A stretch of DNA of 64,000 nt from a bacterium (GTDB lineage: Bacteria; Desulfobacterota; Binatia; HRBIN30; CADEER01). Position numbers and translations under genes: made by a program. The DNA lies in contig JAHBUY010000003.1 of assembly GCA_019637795.1 (NCBI GenBank), positions 7,409 to 71,408 of the forward strand. The letters are read 5' to 3'. Positions 40,499 through 53,035 of the stretch are shown piece by piece. Each line of letters starts with the position of its first letter. The stretch's first letter is position 1. Under the pieces are notes generated by a model, which saw only the letters and a program-made list of their open reading frames with translations, was not told the origin of the DNA and made no database searches.

Positions 40499-41944
40499 AT
40501 GACGGATTACGAAGCGGTCATCGGGCTGGAAGTGCACGCCGAGCTGCTCACCGAGTCGAAGATCTTCTGCGGCTGCTCGGCGAAGTTCGGCGCGGCGCCG
40601 AACGAGAACACCTGCCCGCTCTGCCTGGCCCTGCCGGGGGTGCTGCCGGTGCTCAACCGGCGGGTGGTCGAGTTCGCGATCAAGGCCGGCCTGGCGACCC
40701 ACTGCGCGATCGCGCCGCTCAGCCGCTGGGCGCGCAAGAACTACTTCTACCCCGACCTGCCGAAGGGCTATCAGATCAGCCAGTACGAGCTGCCGATCTG
40801 CCTCGACGGACGGATCGACATCGAGGTCGACGGCACCACCCGCCCGGTGCGCCTCACCCGCATCCACATGGAGGAGGACACCGGCAAGAACATCCACGAC
40901 CAGCACGGCGACGCCAGCCTGGTGGACTACAACCGCTGCGGCGTGCCGCTGCTCGAGATCGTCAGCGAGCCCGACCTCCGCACCCCGGCGGAGGCCGGCG
41001 CCTACCTGCGCAAGCTGCGCCAGATCCTCCAGTACCTCGAGGTGTGCGACGGCAACATGGAGGAGGGCAGCTTCCGCTGCGACGCCAACATCTCGGTGCG
41101 GCCGCGCGGCACCGCGGCGTTCGGCACCAAGGCGGAAGTGAAGAACATGAACTCCTTCCGCGCCGTCGAGAAGGCGATCGAGCACGAGATCGAGCGCCAG
41201 ATCGACCTCGTCCGCCACGGCGAGAAGGTGGTCCAGGAGACGCGGCTGTGGGATCCCGACCGCGAGGAGACGCGCTCGATGCGCTCCAAGGAGTCGGCGC
41301 ACGACTACCGGTACTTCCCCGATCCCGACCTGCTGCCGCTGGAAGTCTCGCGCCAGTGGATCGCGGACGTGCAGGCGACCATGCCCGAGCTGCCCGACGC
41401 GCGCCGGGCGCGCTTCGCCAGCGCCTACGGCCTGCCCGCCTACGACGCCGAGGTGCTGACCGCGCGCAAGGACATCGCCGACTATTTCGAGACCGCGGTG
41501 CGCGCCGGCGGCAGCGCCAAGGCGGTCAGCAACTGGGTGATGGGCGACATCCTGCGCATCGTCCGCGAGCGCAAGCTCGACGAGGCGCTGGTCATCCGCG
41601 ACTGGCCGGTGTCGCCGGCGCATCTCGCGGAGATGCTGACGCTGATCGACGACGACACGATCAGCGGCAAGATCGCCAAGACCGTGTTCGAGCAGATGGT
41701 CGCGACCGGCAAGGCGCCGGCGGCGATCGTCGCCGAGCAGGGCCTCAGCCAGGTCAGCGACAGCGGCGCCATCGAGGCCGCCATCGCCGCGGTGCTCGAT
41801 GCCAATGCCGACAAGGTGGCCGAGTACCGCGCCGGCAAGGACAAGCTCTTCGGCTTCTTCGTCGGCCAGGTGATGAAGGCCACGCAGGGCAAGGCGAATC
41901 CGGGGAAGGTGAACGAGCTGCTCAAGCAACGGTTGGCAGAATGA
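40499..41944 (+). CDS. gatB: Glu-tRNA(Gln) amidotransferase subunit B
   Basis: [27 protein letters not shown] ... is the GatB N-terminal signature. Confidence 0.95.
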   Translation: MTDYEAVIGLEVHAELLTESKIFCGCSAKFGAAPNENTCPLCLALPGVLPVLNRRVVEFAIKAGLATHCAIAPLSRWARKNYFYPDLPKGYQISQYELPICLDGRIDIEVDGTTRPVRLTRIHMEEDTGKNIHDQHGDASLVDYNRCGVPLLEIVSEPDLRTPAEAGAYLRKLRQILQYLEVCDGNMEEGSFRCDANISVRPRGTAAFGTKAEVKNMNSFRAVEKAIEHEIERQIDLVRHGEKVVQETRLWDPDREETRSMRSKESAHDYRYFPDPDLLPLEVSRQWIADVQATMPELPDARRARFASAYGLPAYDAEVLTARKDIADYFETAVRAGGSAKAVSNWVMGDILRIVRERKLDEALVIRDWPVSPAHLAEMLTLIDDDTISGKIAKTVFEQMVATGKAPAAIVAEQGLSQVSDSGAIEAAIAAVLDANADKVAEYRAGKDKLFGFFVGQVMKATQGKANPGKVNELLKQRLAE

Positions 41945-41946
41945 CA

Positions 41947-42060
41947 GGTTGTTAGGTTGCTAGTTGTTAGGTTGTTAGGTTGTTAGGTTGTTAGGTTTTC
42001 CGGGCGACTCATACTGATAACCTAACAACCTAACAACCTAACAACCAACAACCTAACAAC
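41947..42060. repeat. AT-rich inverted repeat whose arms are tandem octamers ((GTTGTTAG)n ... loop ... (CTAACAAC)n); long hairpin between gatB stop and cysK RBS
   Basis: Left arm 41947..41997 has 6 units (one variant GTTGCTAG). The loop is ttttccgggcgactcatactgat. Right arm 42019..42060 has 5 units (one missing a T). RBS aaagggagg sits at 42067 and the cysK ATG at 42079. Confidence 0.85.
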
Positions 42061-42078
42061 TTGCTAAAGGGAGGCGTC

Positions 42079-43011
42079 ATGGCCCGCTTGCACAAGGACA
42101 TCACCGAGACCATCGGCCACACGCCGCTGATCCGGCTCAATCGGGTCGCCGCCGGCGTCGGGGCGGAGATCTACGCCAAGTGCGAGTTCTTCAACCCGCT
42201 GTCGAGCGTCAAGGACCGCATCGGCGTCAACATGATCGACGCCGCCGAGCAGGCGGGGCGCATCGACCACGACACGGTGATCATCGAGCCGACCAGCGGC
42301 AACACCGGCATCGCGCTCGCCTTCGTCTGCGCCGCGCGCGGCTATCGACTGATCCTCACCATGCCGGACTCGATGAGCATGGAGCGGCGCAAGCTGCTGC
42401 ACTTCCTCGGCGCCGAGCTGGTGCTGACGCCCGCCGCCGAGGGCATGACCGGCGCCATCCGCAAGGCTGAGGAGCTGGCGCGCCAGCACGGCAAGTCCTT
42501 CATCCCGCAGCAGTTCCAGAATCCCGCCAATCCCGACGTGCACCGCCGCACCACCGCCCTCGAGCTGTGGGACGACACCGACGGGCGCATCGACGTCCTG
42601 ATCAGCGGCGTCGGCACCGGCGGCACCATCACCGGCGTCGCCGAGGTCCTCAAGCAGCGCAAGCCGTCGTTTCGCGCCGTCGCCGTCGAGCCGAGCAAGT
42701 CGCCGGTGCTCTCCGGCGGCCAACCCGGCCGGCACGCCATCCAGGGCATCGGCGCCGGCTTCGTGCCGGCCATCCTCAACACCGGCATCATCGACGAGAT
42801 CGTCCAGGTCGCCGACGACGACGCGCTGGCCATGGCGCGCCGCGTCGGCCGCGAGGAAGGCATCCCCTGCGGCATCTCCAGCGGCGCCGCCGTCTGGGCC
42901 GCGCTGCAGGTCGCCGGCCGGCCGGAGAGCGCCGGCAAGCTGATCGTCGCCGTGCTCGCCAGCTCCGCCGAGCGCTATCTCAGCACCGCCCTGGTCGAAG
43001 GCCTCGGCTGA
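42079..43011 (+). CDS. cysK: cysteine synthase A (O-acetylserine sulfhydrylase)
   Basis: [10 protein letters not shown] has the PLP lysine. [10 protein letters not shown] and GTGGTITG are present. Confidence 0.95.
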   Translation: MARLHKDITETIGHTPLIRLNRVAAGVGAEIYAKCEFFNPLSSVKDRIGVNMIDAAEQAGRIDHDTVIIEPTSGNTGIALAFVCAARGYRLILTMPDSMSMERRKLLHFLGAELVLTPAAEGMTGAIRKAEELARQHGKSFIPQQFQNPANPDVHRRTTALELWDDTDGRIDVLISGVGTGGTITGVAEVLKQRKPSFRAVAVEPSKSPVLSGGQPGRHAIQGIGAGFVPAILNTGIIDEIVQVADDDALAMARRVGREEGIPCGISSGAAVWAALQVAGRPESAGKLIVAVLASSAERYLSTALVEGLG

Positions 43012-43050
43012 GCGCACGCGGCGCGGCGGGCGCGGCCCGTCGATCGCTCG

Positions 43051-44253
43051 ATGACAGACGCAGTCGCAGCGCCCGCCGCCGAGCGCCCGGTCGGAGTCGG
43101 GCGCGCCCACCGCTACCTCCCCGAGCTCGAGGCGCTGCGCGGCTGGGCCATGCTGTTGGTCTACGCCTTCCATCTCAACGGCACCGTCGTCCGCCGCTCG
43201 GCGGGCACCGCCGACGAACCGACGCCGCTGACCGCGTTCGTGCTCGCCGGCCACACCGGCGTCAGCCTGTTCTTCGTCCTCAGCGCCTTCCTGTTGGCGC
43301 TGCCGTTTCTCGCCGAGGCGGACGGCGGACGGCACGTGTCGCGGCCCGCCTACGCGAGCCGCCGGGCGCTGCGCATCCTGCCGCTCTACTGGTTCGCGAT
43401 CGCCGTCGCCACCATCCTCACCGCCGAGCGACTGGTCGATCTGGCGCGCGCCCTGCCCTACATGTTCTTCCTCAACTCGGTCACCGACTGGTCGACGCCG
43501 ATGCTGCCCTACAGCGGCGCCTGGTGGAGCCTGGGGACGGAGGCGCAATTCTACCTCGTCCTGCCGCTGCTGCCGCTGCTCCTGGCGACGCGCGCCGGGC
43601 GGATCGCCGGCGTCGTGCTGCTGCTCGCCTGGCTCGCCGCGTACGGCGCATTCCTCACCCGCGCCCTGCGCATGGACACCCTCCCCGGACAGGTGCGCCT
43701 CGCCTACTCGCTGCTCGGACGCGCGCCGCTGTTCCTGTGCGGCATCGCCGCCGCCGCGCTCTATCGCCGACACGGCGCCGCCTGGCGGCAGCGGCTCGCG
43801 GCCCGACCGCTGCTGCGCCGCGGCGGCGCCGACGCCATCCTGCTCGCCGTGCTGCTCGCGCTCGGCCTGCTGCTGCAATGGGTGATCGTCGGCACGCCGA
43901 CGCGGGCCGAGGCGCCGCCGCGGCACGTCTGGCACGTCCTGGAAGGCGCGCTGTGGGCGTCCGTCGTGCTCCTCGTCCTCGTCGCGCCGCTGCGCAGCGC
44001 GCGCCTGATCACCAACCGCGCCACCATCTGGCTGGGCGTGCTCTCGTACTCGGTCTACATCTGGCACCTGCCGATCCAGCAGTTCGCCTTCCGCTGGACC
44101 CGCCAGCTCGGCATCCCCCTGCCGCTCGCCTGGAACGCCCGCACGATCGCCGTCGCGGCGGTCGCGACCGCCGCCTGCCTCGCCGTCTCGACCCTCACCT
44201 ACCGCTGGATCGAGCGCCCGTTCCTGACCCGCAAGGAACGGGTGGCCGACTGA
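43051..44253 (+). CDS. acyltransferase family 3 (OafA-like) membrane protein
   Basis: ELEALRGWAMLLVYAFHL ... FFVLSAFLL ... The ORF is 400 aa and polytopic. Confidence 0.85.
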   Translation: MTDAVAAPAAERPVGVGRAHRYLPELEALRGWAMLLVYAFHLNGTVVRRSAGTADEPTPLTAFVLAGHTGVSLFFVLSAFLLALPFLAEADGGRHVSRPAYASRRALRILPLYWFAIAVATILTAERLVDLARALPYMFFLNSVTDWSTPMLPYSGAWWSLGTEAQFYLVLPLLPLLLATRAGRIAGVVLLLAWLAAYGAFLTRALRMDTLPGQVRLAYSLLGRAPLFLCGIAAAALYRRHGAAWRQRLAARPLLRRGGADAILLAVLLALGLLLQWVIVGTPTRAEAPPRHVWHVLEGALWASVVLLVLVAPLRSARLITNRATIWLGVLSYSVYIWHLPIQQFAFRWTRQLGIPLPLAWNARTIAVAAVATAACLAVSTLTYRWIERPFLTRKERVAD

Positions 44254-44298
44254 CCGCGGCCGCGTCCCCGCGAGCGCGGCGAGCGCCAGGTCCTCGCC

Positions 44299-45459
44299 TC
44301 ACTGGCCGGCCATCGTGAACAGCGGCCGCCCCTCGCCCAGTTCGTCGAGCGGCACCGCCTCGACCCGCTCCGCCAGCGCGAAACGCTTGCCGCCGGGGTA
44401 GACCACCGCTACCCGTGCCAGACCGAGATCGTCGAGCGCGATGCGAATGGACGGCGTCAGCCGCGGCGCATCCGTGCGTTTGCACTCGATGCCCAGCAAG
44501 GTGTCGCCGCGACGCAAGAGCAGGTCGATCTCGGCCCCCTGGTGCGTCGCCCAGAAGAACGCCTCGTCGTGCGCTTCGATCGCCAGCACCTGCTCGATCA
44601 CGAATCCCTCCCAGGATGGCCCGATGGCGGGATGGCTCAGCAAGGCCTTGTCGCTGGCGATGCCCAGGAGTTGGTGCAGCAAGCCGCTGTCGCGCACGTA
44701 CACCTTCGGCGCCTTCACCTGGCGCTTGCGCAGGTTGGCGTGCCAGGGCTGGAGCTGTCGAACCATGAAAGCGTCGACGAGTAGGTCGAGGTAGCGGCGC
44801 GCGGTCGATTCGCTCACCCCCAACGCCCGCGCTGGCACGGCGGCGTTCCATAGCCGCCCATGATAGTGCGCCAGCATCGTCCAGAAGCGGTGCAGCGCGA
44901 CCGCCGGCACCCGAACGCCCCACTGCGGCAGGTCGCGCTCCAGCAACGTCTGGATGAGCTGCTTGCGCCAGGCCAGGCTGTCCGCCTCGCTCGCCGCCAG
45001 GTACGACCGCGGCAGCCCGCCGCGGCGCCACAAAACCTGCGCCCCCTCGGCCCCCACCTCGGCCAGCGAGAAGCCGCCCATGGCGATGCGTTCGACCCGC
45101 CCGGCCAGGCTTTCCGAGCTCTGGCGCAACAGATCGCCCGAGGCACTGCCCAGGATCAGGAAGCGCGCCGGCGCCGCGCGCCGGTCCGCCAACACCCGCA
45201 ACGCGGGAAACAGCTCCGGCCGCCGCTGCACCTCGTCAATCACCACCAGACCCTTGAGCGGCCGCAGCGCCGTCATCGGCTCGTCCAACCGCGCCAGGCT
45301 GGCGGGATCCTCCAGATCGAAGTAATTGGCGGACTCCTCGCTCAACAGCTCGCGCGCCAGCGTCGTCTTCCCGCACTGCCTCGGCCCGACCAACAAGACG
45401 ATCCGGCTGCGCTGCAGCGCGGCGGTCAGAGCCGTGAGGAGAATGCGGCGAGTGACCAT
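44299..45459 (-). CDS. AAA-family ATP-binding protein with DUF4143 C-terminal domain
   Basis: P-loop GPRQCGKTTLA and Walker B LVVIDEVQ are present. The ORF reaches 45477; the start is probably M7. Confidence 0.8.
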   Translation of the reverse strand: MVTRRILLTALTAALQRSRIVLLVGPRQCGKTTLARELLSEESANYFDLEDPASLARLDEPMTALRPLKGLVVIDEVQRRPELFPALRVLADRRAAPARFLILGSASGDLLRQSSESLAGRVERIAMGGFSLAEVGAEGAQVLWRRGGLPRSYLAASEADSLAWRKQLIQTLLERDLPQWGVRVPAVALHRFWTMLAHYHGRLWNAAVPARALGVSESTARRYLDLLVDAFMVRQLQPWHANLRKRQVKAPKVYVRDSGLLHQLLGIASDKALLSHPAIGPSWEGFVIEQVLAIEAHDEAFFWATHQGAEIDLLLRRGDTLLGIECKRTDAPRLTPSIRIALDDLGLARVAVVYPGGKRFALAERVEAVPLDELGEGRPLFTMAGQ

Positions 45460-45696
45460 GGACCCAGAACATACCACGAAAATCGATCATCATGAGGCGG
45501 ATTTTCATGGGTGAGCCATCCGGGGATCGCAAAGGGCCGCTGGCGACCGCCGCTTGACGCGCAATCCGGATCTCTCCGGTCCGTCGCGGCCACGCAGGCC
45601 CGTCCCTCGCCGCCCCGGGGTCGTGAGCGGCGCGGCACCCGCCACCGTGCGCGCGGCCGATCATTCGCTGGTGCCAACAGTGCCCGCCGTGTGACA

Positions 45697-48312
<2,616 letters not shown>

Positions 48313-48530
48313 GAGACCACCGCGGTTGGGGCGTGCGACCGCGCGGAGCGCGGCCTTCGACCAGCGCGTCGACCGCCACGCCGGATCGCGGTCGGCGTCG
48401 CCGCGACGGCCGACGCGCGACGTAGTGGGGCGGAAAATCTCCGAAATCCGCGCGCCTTCTTTGCCCTTGATCTTGACTTTCCGACCCCCATTCAACGAAA
48501 CTGCGCGCCGCTGGGCTGGTTGAGGGGTAC

Positions 48531-50561
48531 ATGACCAAGTACGCGACGCGCTTGCTCCTGGCCGCCGCCATGGCGGCGCTCGTACCGGCCCATGCCGGGG
48601 CGCTCGAACGCGCCATCTACCTGCTGAGTCAGACGGCGCGCGGCTATGCCGCCGAGGGGCGCAGCGAGGGGACGGCGGTCGACGGCAACGGGCTGCTGAG
48701 CGTCTACAACTCCAACGCCATCAACCTGACCTCGCCACCGCAGACGACCTCGCGCAATCAGGTCTACCTGCGCGACCTCGACGAAACCGCCTCGTCGCTG
48801 GTCAGCAAGGCGCCGGACGGCAAGGCCGGCAACCGCCCCAGCCAGTCGGGGGGCTTCGCGCCGGGCATCAGCGCCGACGGGCGGTTCGTCGCCTTCTCGT
48901 CGCAGGCCACCAACCTGGTGCCCGACGACACCAACGGCCTCGAGGACGTCTTCGTGGCCAACGTCGCCACCGGCGAGGTCGAGCTCATCAGTCGCGGCAT
49001 CGACGGCCCGGCCAACGGGGTCAGCGGCTTCCCGCGCCTGAGCGCCGACGGCCGCTACGTCGTCTTCCAGTCGGCGGCCAGGAACCTGGTGGCCGACGAC
49101 ACCAACAACGTCACCGACATCTTCCTCTACGATCGCGCCGAAGGGATCATGCGCCGGGTCAGCGTCGGCAGCGACGGCGCCCAGGCCAACGGCGCCAGCA
49201 TCACGCCGGCGATCAGCGACGACGGCCGCTACGTCGCCTTCGCCTCGCGCGCCACGAATCTGGTGAACCCGTCGCCGAGCGACGCCTTCGAGCAGATCTA
49301 CGTCGCCGACTGGGAGACGCAGTCGGTGCAACTGGGGTCGGTGAACGACCAGGGCCAGGCCGCCAATGCGCGAAGCTTCCTGCCCGACCTGACCGCCGAC
49401 GGCGGCGAGGTGGCGTTCAAGTCGGAAGCGTTCAACCTGGTTCCCAACGACACCAACGGCGTGCCCGACGTCTTCGTCCGCAACCTCACCACCAACACCA
49501 CGCAGCGGGTGAGCGTCGACGACTTCGGCAACCAGTCGAACGGCCTCAGCGGCGGTCCCGGCATCAGCGCCGATGGCCGCTTCGTCGCCTTCGCCTCGTT
49601 CGCCTCGAACTTCGTGCCCGACGACGGCAACGGCTTCAGCGACGTCTACGTGTACGACCGCTTCCCGCCGGGACGGAACCAGGGCCGGATCGCCCGCGTG
49701 ACCATCGCGTACAACAACTTCGGCGAGCCCGACCAGGGCGTCGCCGACTTTCCGGTCAGCATCAGCGCCGACGGCCGCTGGATCGGCTTCGCCTCCGCCG
49801 CCTCGAACCTGGTGCCGAACGATCTCAACAACGATCTCGACGCCTTCCTCGCCTGCAACCCGTTCGACGCCTTCCAGTGCGCGGCGCCGACGCCGACCCC
49901 GACGCCGACGGAGCCGCCGGCGGAGCTGCCGTGCGTCGGCGACTGCAGCGGCGACGATCAGGTCACCATCGACGACCTCATCCGCATGGTGAACATCGCC
50001 CTCGGCCTGCGCGGCGTCTGCGGCGACGACCAGGGCATGGGCGCCTGCCTGGCCGGCGACGCCAACTGCGACTGCCAGATCACCGTCGAGGAGATCATCC
50101 AGGCGGTGAACAACAGCCTCATGGGCTGCGCGACCTTCGACGTCTGCCCGCTCGCCGAGCACGAGATGATCTGCTGCGCCGGCGGCCCGGCGACGCCGAC
50201 GGCGACCCGCACCGCGACCATGACGCCGGACGGCGGCGCGCCGACCGCCACCGCGACGCCGACGCCGCCGGCCACGCCGACCGCGACGACGAGCGGCCCG
50301 AGCGGCCCCTGCGTCGGCGATTGCAACGGCAACGGCACGGTGACCGTCGACGACCTGATCCGCATGGTCAACATCGCCCTCGACCTGCAGCCGTTGTGCC
50401 CCGGCGAGGGCGGCGGCGGCTGCCTGGCGGGCGACGCCAACTGCGACTGCCGCATCACCGTCGACGACATCATCCGCGCCGTGAACAACAGCCTGGGCGA
50501 CACGTGCACCGACTTCGGCGCCTGCCAACTGTCGGAGCACGCGGCCCAGTGCTGCGGCTAG
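48531..50561 (+). CDS. secreted protein with PD40/TolB-like beta-propeller repeats and two C-terminal dockerin-like modules
   Basis: A signal peptide is present. More than 6 repeats follow the pattern GxSxDGRxVAFxSxAxNLVPxDTNxxxDVFV. After Thr/Pro-rich linkers come two modules, each with paired Ca-loop-like segments (GDCSGDDQVTIDDLIRMVNIAL and GDANCDCQITVEEIIQAVNNSL). Confidence 0.7.
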   Translation: MTKYATRLLLAAAMAALVPAHAGALERAIYLLSQTARGYAAEGRSEGTAVDGNGLLSVYNSNAINLTSPPQTTSRNQVYLRDLDETASSLVSKAPDGKAGNRPSQSGGFAPGISADGRFVAFSSQATNLVPDDTNGLEDVFVANVATGEVELISRGIDGPANGVSGFPRLSADGRYVVFQSAARNLVADDTNNVTDIFLYDRAEGIMRRVSVGSDGAQANGASITPAISDDGRYVAFASRATNLVNPSPSDAFEQIYVADWETQSVQLGSVNDQGQAANARSFLPDLTADGGEVAFKSEAFNLVPNDTNGVPDVFVRNLTTNTTQRVSVDDFGNQSNGLSGGPGISADGRFVAFASFASNFVPDDGNGFSDVYVYDRFPPGRNQGRIARVTIAYNNFGEPDQGVADFPVSISADGRWIGFASAASNLVPNDLNNDLDAFLACNPFDAFQCAAPTPTPTPTEPPAELPCVGDCSGDDQVTIDDLIRMVNIALGLRGVCGDDQGMGACLAGDANCDCQITVEEIIQAVNNSLMGCATFDVCPLAEHEMICCAGGPATPTATRTATMTPDGGAPTATATPTPPATPTATTSGPSGPCVGDCNGNGTVTVDDLIRMVNIALDLQPLCPGEGGGGCLAGDANCDCRITVDDIIRAVNNSLGDTCTDFGACQLSEHAAQCCG

Positions 50562-50582
50562 GCCGGGTTAGAGGAGGCTCCC

Positions 50583-51494
50583 ATGAAGCGTCTCGCAGGC
50601 GTCGTCGGCACCGTCGCGGCGGTGCTGTTCTGTTCCGCCGCCGCCCGCGCGGCGATCATCTCCTGTGGCAGCGTCACTGCCGTGCGCGGCAGCTCCGCTC
50701 CGGTGACGATCTCCCTCCAGCTCGAGGGAGACGAGGTCGTCGCCGGCACCCAGAACGACCTCCAGTTCGACAGCGACGCGTTCGACATCGCGCCGCGGGA
50801 CTGCGTCATCAATCCCGCCATCGGACCCGACACCGAGGCCGACAAGACCCTGAGCACCAGCCTGCCGCCGGGCGAGATCCCGAGCGTGCGCAACCTGGTG
50901 GTGGCGCTCGACAACACCAACGCCATTCCCTCCGGAGCGCTCTACACCTGCAGTTTCCACGTCCGCGGCAGCGCCGAGCTCGGCGAGCACGTCCTCACCA
51001 ACGTCAACGTCCGCGCCAGCAACCCGCAGGGCATGGTCGTCCCGACCACCGCCGGCGACTGCACGATCACCGTGCAGGACGTGTCGCCGACCCCGACTCC
51101 GCGCTGCACCAACGACGACGACTGCCCGAGCGGCGAGGTGTGCGTGAACAACACCTGCGTCACCGCCACGCCGACCAGGACCCCGATCGGCTACTGCACC
51201 GGCGACCGCGACTGCCCCAACGGCCAGGTGTGCGTGAACAACATGTGCGTCACCCCGACGCCGACCCGCACCCCGATCGGCTACTGCACCGGCGACCAGG
51301 ACTGCCCCAACGGCCAGGTGTGCGTGAACAACATGTGCGTCGCCGTCACGCCCACCGCGACGAGGAAGAGCGGCGGGGGCGGGGGGTGCAGTTGCGAGAT
51401 CGATCCCGGCGCCCGCGGCCGCAGCGGCGACGTGCTGGCGGTGCTCCTGCCGGCGCTGATCCTGGCGCTGCGCTGGCGGCGGCGCCGCGCCTGA
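50583..51494 (+). CDS. cell-surface protein: cohesin-like N-terminal domain, three Cys-rich repeats, MYXO-CTERM-like sorting tail
   Basis: A signal peptide is followed by a cohesin-like beta-sandwich segment (SAPVTISLQLEGDEVVAGTQNDLQFDSDAFDI ...). Three copies of CTxDxDCPxGxVCVNNxCV are separated by TPTPTRTP linkers. The tail is GGGGGCSCEID ... VLAVLLPALILALRWRRRRA. Confidence 0.65.
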   Translation: MKRLAGVVGTVAAVLFCSAAARAAIISCGSVTAVRGSSAPVTISLQLEGDEVVAGTQNDLQFDSDAFDIAPRDCVINPAIGPDTEADKTLSTSLPPGEIPSVRNLVVALDNTNAIPSGALYTCSFHVRGSAELGEHVLTNVNVRASNPQGMVVPTTAGDCTITVQDVSPTPTPRCTNDDDCPSGEVCVNNTCVTATPTRTPIGYCTGDRDCPNGQVCVNNMCVTPTPTRTPIGYCTGDQDCPNGQVCVNNMCVAVTPTATRKSGGGGGCSCEIDPGARGRSGDVLAVLLPALILALRWRRRRA

Positions 51495-51540
51495 GAGCGC
51501 TCGCGCCGCGGCGTGGCGGGCCGGCGGGCCCGCCACGGGG

Positions 51541-51759
51541 TCAGGTGTTGCGGTAGACGATCAACCCGTGGGTGGGGTCGTACGGCGACACGGCGACGGT
51601 CACCCGATCGCCGGGAATGACCTTGATGTGGTAGCGCCGCATGCGGCCGCTGATCTTGGCCGTGAACTGCTGCCCCTTGTCGGACTCGATCTTGAAGAGG
51701 CCGCCGGTCATCACCTCTTTGACGGTGCCTTCGATCTGAATCAGGTCGTCTCGCGCCAC
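51541..51759 (-). CDS. infA: translation initiation factor IF-1 (start probably the GTG at V16 of the ORF)
   Basis: ARDDLIQIEGTVKEVMTGGLFKIESDKGQQFTAKISGRMRRYHIKVIPGDRVTVAVSPYDPTHGLIVYR is the IF-1 S1-fold. Confidence 0.9.
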   Translation of the reverse strand: MARDDLIQIEGTVKEVMTGGLFKIESDKGQQFTAKISGRMRRYHIKVIPGDRVTVAVSPYDPTHGLIVYRNT

Positions 51760-51911
51760 ACGGTGCTCCTCTGGCTGGGAAAGGTATCCCTCACCGCCTA
51801 GCACACCCGCACCCGCCGCGCCTAGCCAAGAACCACCAAGAACCGCGGATGCAGGACTGACCCCTGCCGAGGGCGCGGAGAGGATCCGTGCTCATCGGCG
51901 GCCAGCGGCGT

Positions 51912-52889
51912 TCATCCGTGGCGCAGCAGCCTCGCCGCCTCGCGGGCGTAGTACGTCAGGATCAGATCGGCGCCGGCGCGGCGGATGGCGGTCAGGGTCT
52001 CCAGCATCACCCGCTCCTCGTCAAGCCAGCCATTCCGCGCCGCCGCCTTGATCATCGCGTACTCGCCGCTCACCTGGTAGGCGGCGACCGGGTAGCCGAA
52101 GTGCTCCTTCACCCGCCAGACGAGATCGAGGTAGGGCAGCGCCGGCTTCACCATGACGATGTCGGCGCCCTCGTTGATGTCCATCTCGACCTCGCGCAGC
52201 GCCTCCTGGGCGTTGGGCGGATCCATCTGGTAGCCGCGCCGGTCGCCGAACTGCGGCGTCGACTCCGCCGCCTCGCGGAACGGGCCGTAGAACCCGGAGG
52301 CGAACTTGGCGGCGTAGGACATGATCGCCACCTGGTCGAAGCCCTCCTCGTCGAGCGCCTCGCGGATCGCGTTCACCCGCCCGTCCATCATGTCCGACGG
52401 CGCCACCAGGTCGGCGCCGGCACGGGCGTGCGTCAGCGCCTCCTTGGCGAGCAGATCGAGGGTGGCGTCGTTGTCGACCTCGCCCTCGGCGATGACGCCG
52501 CAGTGGCCGTGATCGGTGTACTCGCACAGGCAGACGTCGGTGATCACCACCAGGTCCGCGACCGCCTGCTTGATCGCGCGCACCGCCTGCGGCACCACGC
52601 CGTCGTCGCGGTAGGCGTGCGAGCCGGTGGCGTCCTTCTTCTCGGGAATGCCGAACAGGATCACCGCCGGGATGCCGAGATCGCGCGCCTCGCGACAGGT
52701 CTCGGTCAGCCGGTCCACCGACTGCTGCGCCACCCCGGGCATCGAACCCACCGGATGCTCGACGCCGCGCCCCGGCACCGCGAAGAGCGGCAGGATGAGG
52801 TTGTCGACGCTGAGCCGCGTCTCCCGCACCATCCGCCGCAGCGTCTCCGTGCGCCGCAGCCGGCGCGGGCGATAGATGGGGAATTCCAT
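51912..52889 (-). CDS. hemB: porphobilinogen synthase (delta-aminolevulinic acid dehydratase)
   Basis: [14 protein letters not shown] and the active-site Lys region [10 protein letters not shown] are present. The Cys cluster [12 protein letters not shown] is the Zn site. Confidence 0.95.
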   Translation of the reverse strand: MEFPIYRPRRLRRTETLRRMVRETRLSVDNLILPLFAVPGRGVEHPVGSMPGVAQQSVDRLTETCREARDLGIPAVILFGIPEKKDATGSHAYRDDGVVPQAVRAIKQAVADLVVITDVCLCEYTDHGHCGVIAEGEVDNDATLDLLAKEALTHARAGADLVAPSDMMDGRVNAIREALDEEGFDQVAIMSYAAKFASGFYGPFREAAESTPQFGDRRGYQMDPPNAQEALREVEMDINEGADIVMVKPALPYLDLVWRVKEHFGYPVAAYQVSGEYAMIKAAARNGWLDEERVMLETLTAIRRAGADLILTYYAREAARLLRHG

Positions 52890-52894
52890 GTCGT

Positions 52895-53035
52895 TGCGCT
52901 AACCACAGATGAACACGGATGGCCACAGATCAACACGGGTCCGCCCCCCTCCCCGCCGGCTGGGGTGGGAGGCGGACCCGTGTTCATCTGTGGCCATCTG
53001 CGTTCATCTGAGGCTTCCGGAGGTACGTCTCGATC
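52895..53035. terminator. long imperfect palindrome between the cobA-hemD 3' end and hemB. It has two copies of each arm and could form alternative stems.
   Basis: Left arm ggccacagatcaacacgggtccgcc (52921..52945) pairs with ggcggacccgtgttcatctgtggcc (52971..52995) with 1 mismatch. A second left copy cacagatgaacacgg (52904..52918) is the perfect complement of the right arm. The loop is itself quasi-palindromic. An extra gttcatctg lies at 53001..53009. Confidence 0.6.

Noticed and set aside
50583-51494. PEP-CTERM/exosortase sorting signal for the cohesin-like protein and EPS locus
   Set aside because: The tail lacks a PEP motif. It has Gly-run, Cys-x-Cys, hydrophobic and poly-Arg segments, which is closer to MYXO-CTERM. 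No exosortase gene is in the window.
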